A program made the position numbers and the translations under genes. Of a stretch of DNA of 32,000 nt, positions 27,994 through 32,000 are shown one piece after another. The notes beneath the pieces were generated by a model, which saw nothing but the letters and a program-made list of their open reading frames with translations, was not told where the DNA came from and did not search any database. How positions within the stretch are numbered: the stretch's first letter is position 1; each line of letters opens with the position of its first letter. The DNA is from an uncultured Clostridia bacterium (GTDB lineage: Bacteria > Bacillota > Clostridia > Christensenellales > UBA1242), in contig CALWTF010000014.1 in NCBI GenBank assembly GCA_944384415.1, forward strand, positions 1,741-33,740, given 5' to 3'.

Positions 27994-28359
27994 ATGAAAA
28001 CTGTTAAATGTAGTGAATGTAACGAGGAAATTCCCATAAACTCAATAGTTTGTCCTAAATGTAATACAAGATGTTTATCTACAAAATCACGCATTACAGC
28101 AATAATTTTATCTTTTTGCTTAGGTATTTTTGGTGCGCATAATTTTTATTTAGGTTTTATAAATAAAGCGTTGGTTAGTTTAGCTTGTACCACTCTTTCA
28201 ATAATTTTAATTATTGCAGGTATTTTTAATAATCAGTTGGTATTTTGGATTATAGGTTTAGTCTTATTAATTTTTGTTTTTATATATGCTGTGTTTGAAG
28301 GTGTATTATTAATTAAAAAAATAATATTTAGAGATGCAAAGGGGAAAAGATTAAAATAA
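27994..28359 (+). CDS. Zinc-ribbon plus TM2-domain membrane protein
   Basis: 121 aa. N-terminal CSEC...CPKC zinc ribbon. TM2-type motif LSFCLGIFGAHNFYLGF followed by further hydrophobic helices. Confidence 0.75.
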   Translation: MKTVKCSECNEEIPINSIVCPKCNTRCLSTKSRITAIILSFCLGIFGAHNFYLGFINKALVSLACTTLSIILIIAGIFNNQLVFWIIGLVLLIFVFIYAVFEGVLLIKKIIFRDAKGKRLK

Positions 28360-28391
28360 ACACTTGATTAATCAAGTGTTTATTATTTTTT
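28358..28391 (+). terminator. Intrinsic terminator after the TM2 gene
   Basis: Perfect palindrome AAACACTTGAT-TA-ATCAAGTGTTT (28358-28381), then ATTATTTTTT. Confidence 0.8.
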
Positions 28392-28440
28392 AATGGTAAT
28401 TAAATTTTAAAAATATTAATTAAATCAACAGAATAGCTTG

Positions 28441-29139
28441 TTATTTTGTTGTTTTAGTTTTAGTTGTTTGTTTTTTAGTTGTGGTAGGTTTATTTTTAGT
28501 GGTTGACTTGGTTTTTGTTGTTGATTTTTTAGGTGTGGTAGGTTTCTTTTTAGTGGTTGACTTGGTTTTTGTTGTTGATTTTTTAGGTGTTGTTGAAGTT
28601 TCAGATTTTTTTGTGGTTTGTTTAGTTTTTTTCTCAGCAACTGGTGTTGTTTGTGTAATATGTTTAGGTTCAATTTCCTGTTTATATGTTGGGTTATTTT
28701 CAATTTTTTCTTTTTCTGATAAAATTACATTATCTAAAGTTAAATCAGTTAAATCGTTTAAAAAAGTCGAGAAAAGGTAAGGTGAAACATAAATGGTTTT
28801 TAACTTTTTGTCGTTATCTTGATAAACAATTTGAATTCTAACAAAACTTGTGGCATAAGAAAGTTTTAAATTTTTATCAGGTATAATAGAAACAATACTA
28901 TCAAGATTAATTGTTCTACTAAAAAAACCTGAACGAACGGTTAATGTGTTTGATGATATTTTATAATTTGTGAAAAAATAAACGGGAACAAAACCAAATA
29001 AAAATAAAATTGTAATGATAATTGCTGGCCAGCCAATTCCAGTTATTGACCAAATTATGAAAAGAAACATTGTTAAAAAACTAAACAACACCATTAATAA
29101 AAACATTAAAATACCAATTTTTGAATCATATTTTTCCAT
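28441..29139 (-). CDS. Membrane-anchored bacterial PH-domain-like protein with a K/T-rich repeat tail
   Basis: The start was moved from 29187 to the ATG at 29139 (MEKYDSK), which has a GAGG SD 6 nt upstream. Two TM helices are followed by YKISSNTLTVRSGFFSRTINLDSIVSI, a pattern like the bacterial PH (YdbS/YyaB) families. The C-terminus is PKKSTTKTKSTTKKKPTT repeats. Confidence 0.6.
   Translation of the reverse strand: MEKYDSKIGILMFLLMVLFSFLTMFLFIIWSITGIGWPAIIITILFLFGFVPVYFFTNYKISSNTLTVRSGFFSRTINLDSIVSIIPDKNLKLSYATSFVRIQIVYQDNDKKLKTIYVSPYLFSTFLNDLTDLTLDNVILSEKEKIENNPTYKQEIEPKHITQTTPVAEKKTKQTTKKSETSTTPKKSTTKTKSTTKKKPTTPKKSTTKTKSTTKNKPTTTKKQTTKTKTTK
28443..28604. repeat. About 3 copies of a 54-bp tandem repeat (18-aa K/T/S/P unit) in the 3' end of the PH-domain gene
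   Basis: TAGTGGTTGACTTGGTTTTTGTTGTTGATTTTTTAGGTGT occurs identically at 28497 and 28551. A degenerate copy lies upstream. Confidence 0.8.
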
Positions 29140-29220
29140 AAAATACCTCACTACTTCAAAGTTATTATACCTTTTAATTAAAAACAAGTAAAGGAAATAT
29201 CAAAAAATACATAAATTTTT

Positions 29221-29258
29221 TCTATATAAAAAAACATTTTGCATTTGCAAAATGTTTT
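29221..29258 (-). terminator. Intrinsic terminator after the MetRS-like gene
   Basis: AAAACATTTTGCA (29231-29243) pairs with TGCAAAATGTTTT (29246-29258). On the minus strand it is followed by TTTTTTTATATAG. Confidence 0.75.
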
Positions 29259-31230
29259 ATTTAATTTGGCTTTCGTGTTTTTTAAAAAAGTCAAACTTAG
29301 GAGGAATTGTTTTAAACTTAAGACTAGGGAACATTTCATTGATTGTTTTGTCAATATGATTAAAGTTCCATAAACTGTTTCCAACATTCATATAATTTGC
29401 AACTAATTGTGAGCCATCAGGTGCTATTGGGTGGATTAAAGTTAACCCAGTTTTAATTATATGAATTGTATCTGCAATTAATTGTTGTCGTTCATTTATA
29501 TCTTCGCTTTTACTTCTAACAGACCAATCTTGATTTGCTTTTCTAAAAAATTCGTCAAGTAAAACTATTACTTCATTAAATTTAAATGTAACCATTTTTT
29601 CGTTAAAAGAATTAGTGGTTTTAATACATTCATTTATAGTGTTTTCATTAGGTTCTATTTTAGGAAGTTGACAATTAAAATATTCCTGTAAAGAATAAAA
29701 TACTGAGCGAATAAGTCGATTAAAAATGTTGGTTAACATATTCCCAGGTGCAACAAGAGGGTCACCACAATTTTGAAATTCGTTTGGCATATAAACTTTA
29801 CTTTTAAAATTGATTGCCGAATTGTTTATATTTAACGATAAAAAGTAACATCTAAGTTGTTCAACAGTATAGTGTTCCAATAAACTATCAGCAGTTGGTG
29901 CAAACAAACTTCCACTACTGCTTGCCTTTAAATTTCCAATTAATATATGTTTATTTGAAACTATTAATGGAATTTGTAATTCACCATCTGGAACATTTAA
30001 AGTAGGTTTTTTAGTTTTTTGCATAGCAAACCAAATTGCCATTTCTGCTAAACAATAAAAATAATTATTGTCTTCACCAATAAATTGAACTATTTTAGTA
30101 TCCGAAGAACACCACCAATCTTTCCAAGTTGTGTTTAATTCTTGATGATTTTTTAAATATTGCTTTGTGAAAGATATAGGCGCCCATAAAGATTCTGGCC
30201 AAACATAAAAAGTAAGATTTTTTGCATCTGGGTCGGTTTCAATTTCACACATAGGAACCCCCCATTTTGCGTTACCTGTTATGCGTAAAGGTGCAATTGT
30301 TTTATTATTTTTAAAATTTATGTCATTCTGTTTTAAAATATCACAAGCTTTATCTCGTTGTTCAACTGTTTTAAAAATAAGTTGCATAAGTTGACGCTTT
30401 TCGTGATATTCAACTTTAGGTTCATCAAATAAAGTTATCAACTTTTCCACTTTTTCTTTAAATTTATAATCTATATAAGTAGATGGAGAAATTAAATAAT
30501 CTTTCATATCTTTAATCATAAATTTATGTGCTTCGTTTTCTTCATCATATTTAATTGTTAATTCACGCAAAAGGGAACGATATTGTTCTAAATCTAAATA
30601 ATAATTTCCAACTTTTTTTAATATAGGCGTTTCATTTGTTAAAGTGCTTTTTGGTTCAATTAAAGCTTTTGGATTGTATTGATGCCCTAACGAGCATTCA
30701 TCGGCATAACCAACTTCACTTTTACAACCTTCAATAGGACATTTACCCTCAACTTGTCGACCATTCAAAATTACATTTAATTTAGTATCGTAAAATTGTT
30801 CAGTTTCAACTTTTTTAATAGCTCCAGTTTCAAATAAAGTTTTAAAAATATGATGCGAAACTTTTATATGCTCTTCCAAACCTTCGCCAAAACACGAAGC
30901 TGAAAACAAATTTAATGATATACGATAATTTTCCATTTGTTGTTTTTGAACATTATTATAATACTTTATATATTCTGGCAAAGAAAGTGATGTTTCATTA
31001 TTTAATTTTTGTTTCCTATATTTTTCCTCAGTTGATGAACCAAAACCATCAGTTCCTGAAACAAACAAAACATTTTCATTACCAATTTGGTCTCTCATGT
31101 AACGAGCATAAGTATCAGCCCAAATAAAAATAGCACCAATATGCCCTAAGTGTAACCCTTTATTACCGTTTGGCATTCCTCCAGTTATCATTACTCGTTT
31201 TGGAAGTTTTGGTTTTATTAATTTTTCCAT
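29257..31230 (-). CDS. metG: Class I aminoacyl-tRNA synthetase, methionyl-tRNA synthetase-like (atypical KMSKS)
   Basis: 657 aa. HIGH motif HLGH (aa 27-30). GTDGFG in place of the usual GTDEHG. Zinc-knuckle-like CPIEGC...ADECSLGH. YVWPESLWAP vs the usual YVWFDA. FIGEDNNYFY vs FIGKDI. A KASSS loop sits at the KMSKS position (aa 435-439). Confidence 0.7.
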   Translation of the reverse strand: MEKLIKPKLPKRVMITGGMPNGNKGLHLGHIGAIFIWADTYARYMRDQIGNENVLFVSGTDGFGSSTEEKYRKQKLNNETSLSLPEYIKYYNNVQKQQMENYRISLNLFSASCFGEGLEEHIKVSHHIFKTLFETGAIKKVETEQFYDTKLNVILNGRQVEGKCPIEGCKSEVGYADECSLGHQYNPKALIEPKSTLTNETPILKKVGNYYLDLEQYRSLLRELTIKYDEENEAHKFMIKDMKDYLISPSTYIDYKFKEKVEKLITLFDEPKVEYHEKRQLMQLIFKTVEQRDKACDILKQNDINFKNNKTIAPLRITGNAKWGVPMCEIETDPDAKNLTFYVWPESLWAPISFTKQYLKNHQELNTTWKDWWCSSDTKIVQFIGEDNNYFYCLAEMAIWFAMQKTKKPTLNVPDGELQIPLIVSNKHILIGNLKASSSGSLFAPTADSLLEHYTVEQLRCYFLSLNINNSAINFKSKVYMPNEFQNCGDPLVAPGNMLTNIFNRLIRSVFYSLQEYFNCQLPKIEPNENTINECIKTTNSFNEKMVTFKFNEVIVLLDEFFRKANQDWSVRSKSEDINERQQLIADTIHIIKTGLTLIHPIAPDGSQLVANYMNVGNSLWNFNHIDKTINEMFPSLKFKTIPPKFDFFKKHESQIK

Positions 31231-31287
31231 ATTAGCTCCTGATAAAAATTTACATTTTTAATTTAATGTTTATTTTTTAATTTAAAT

Positions 31288-31316
31288 ATTTTAACATATT
31301 TTTATAAATTGTTCAA
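31288..31316 (-). promoter_or_regulatory. Candidate promoter for the MetRS-like gene
   Basis: On the minus strand: TTGAAC (31316-31311), a 17-nt spacer, then TGtTAAAAT (-10 at 31293-31288). Confidence 0.6.
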
Positions 31317-31361
31317 GTTGGCGTGTAACATTTATAAAATTATTTTCATATTATGCTGTAA

Positions 31362-32000
<639 letters not shown>

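Noticed and set aside
28425-28780. ORFs 28425-28703 (-) and 28481-28780 (+) overlapping the K/T repeat tail.
   Set aside because: They are frame-shifted or antisense readings of the 54-bp tandem repeat. The 28441-29139 frame links the repeats to a coherent TM plus PH-like domain.

Overview
This is a strongly AT-rich segment from a Bacillota-like bacterium, covering the neighbourhood of the chromosomal replication origin. The standard genetic code applies: the long conserved genes have no in-frame TGA, and Trp is encoded by TGG.

Gene order, left to right:
- Minus strand: gyrA (partial), a zincin-like ORF, gyrB, a paralogous ORF with HQLLH in place of HExxH, and recF.
- A 68-aa plus-strand ORF, then on the minus strand an unknown 207-aa ORF and dnaA.
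- A 516-bp spacer packed with DnaA boxes (candidate oriC).
- Plus strand: dnaN, a very AT-rich spacer, then rpmH-rnpA-yidD-yidC-jag.
- Minus strand, converging on jag: parB, parA, rsmG, mnmG, mnmE, with five identical parS palindromes.
- A second DnaA-box cluster, then a plus-strand operon of a duplicated polytopic membrane protein and two PII-like proteins.
- Minus strand: a third zincin-like paralog followed by a DEAD-box helicase.
- A zinc-ribbon/TM2 protein, a membrane PH-domain protein with a tandem-repeat K/T tail, and a MetRS-like gene.
- A BclA-like collagen (G-X-T) repeat protein that runs off the right end.

No rRNA, tRNA, CRISPR array, transposase or integrase was recognised.

Main points of interest:
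1. A three-member family of uncharacterised, apparently cytoplasmic HExxH proteins. Each sits immediately 5' of an ATP-dependent nucleic-acid enzyme (gyrB, gyrA, DEAD-box helicase). Two of them are interleaved into the otherwise universal recF-gyrB-gyrA operon, and one has the catalytic Glu changed to Gln.
2. Scrambled origin synteny: dnaA and dnaN are divergent, dnaN is joined to the rpmH operon, and the mnmE-parB block is inverted.
3. Several DnaA-box clusters, including an identical 17-mer double box in inverted orientation 12.8 kb apart.
4. A dense parS cluster.
5. The membrane-protein plus two-PII cassette.
6. The collagen-like gene.

All family assignments rest on motif recognition by eye. 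No database search was run.
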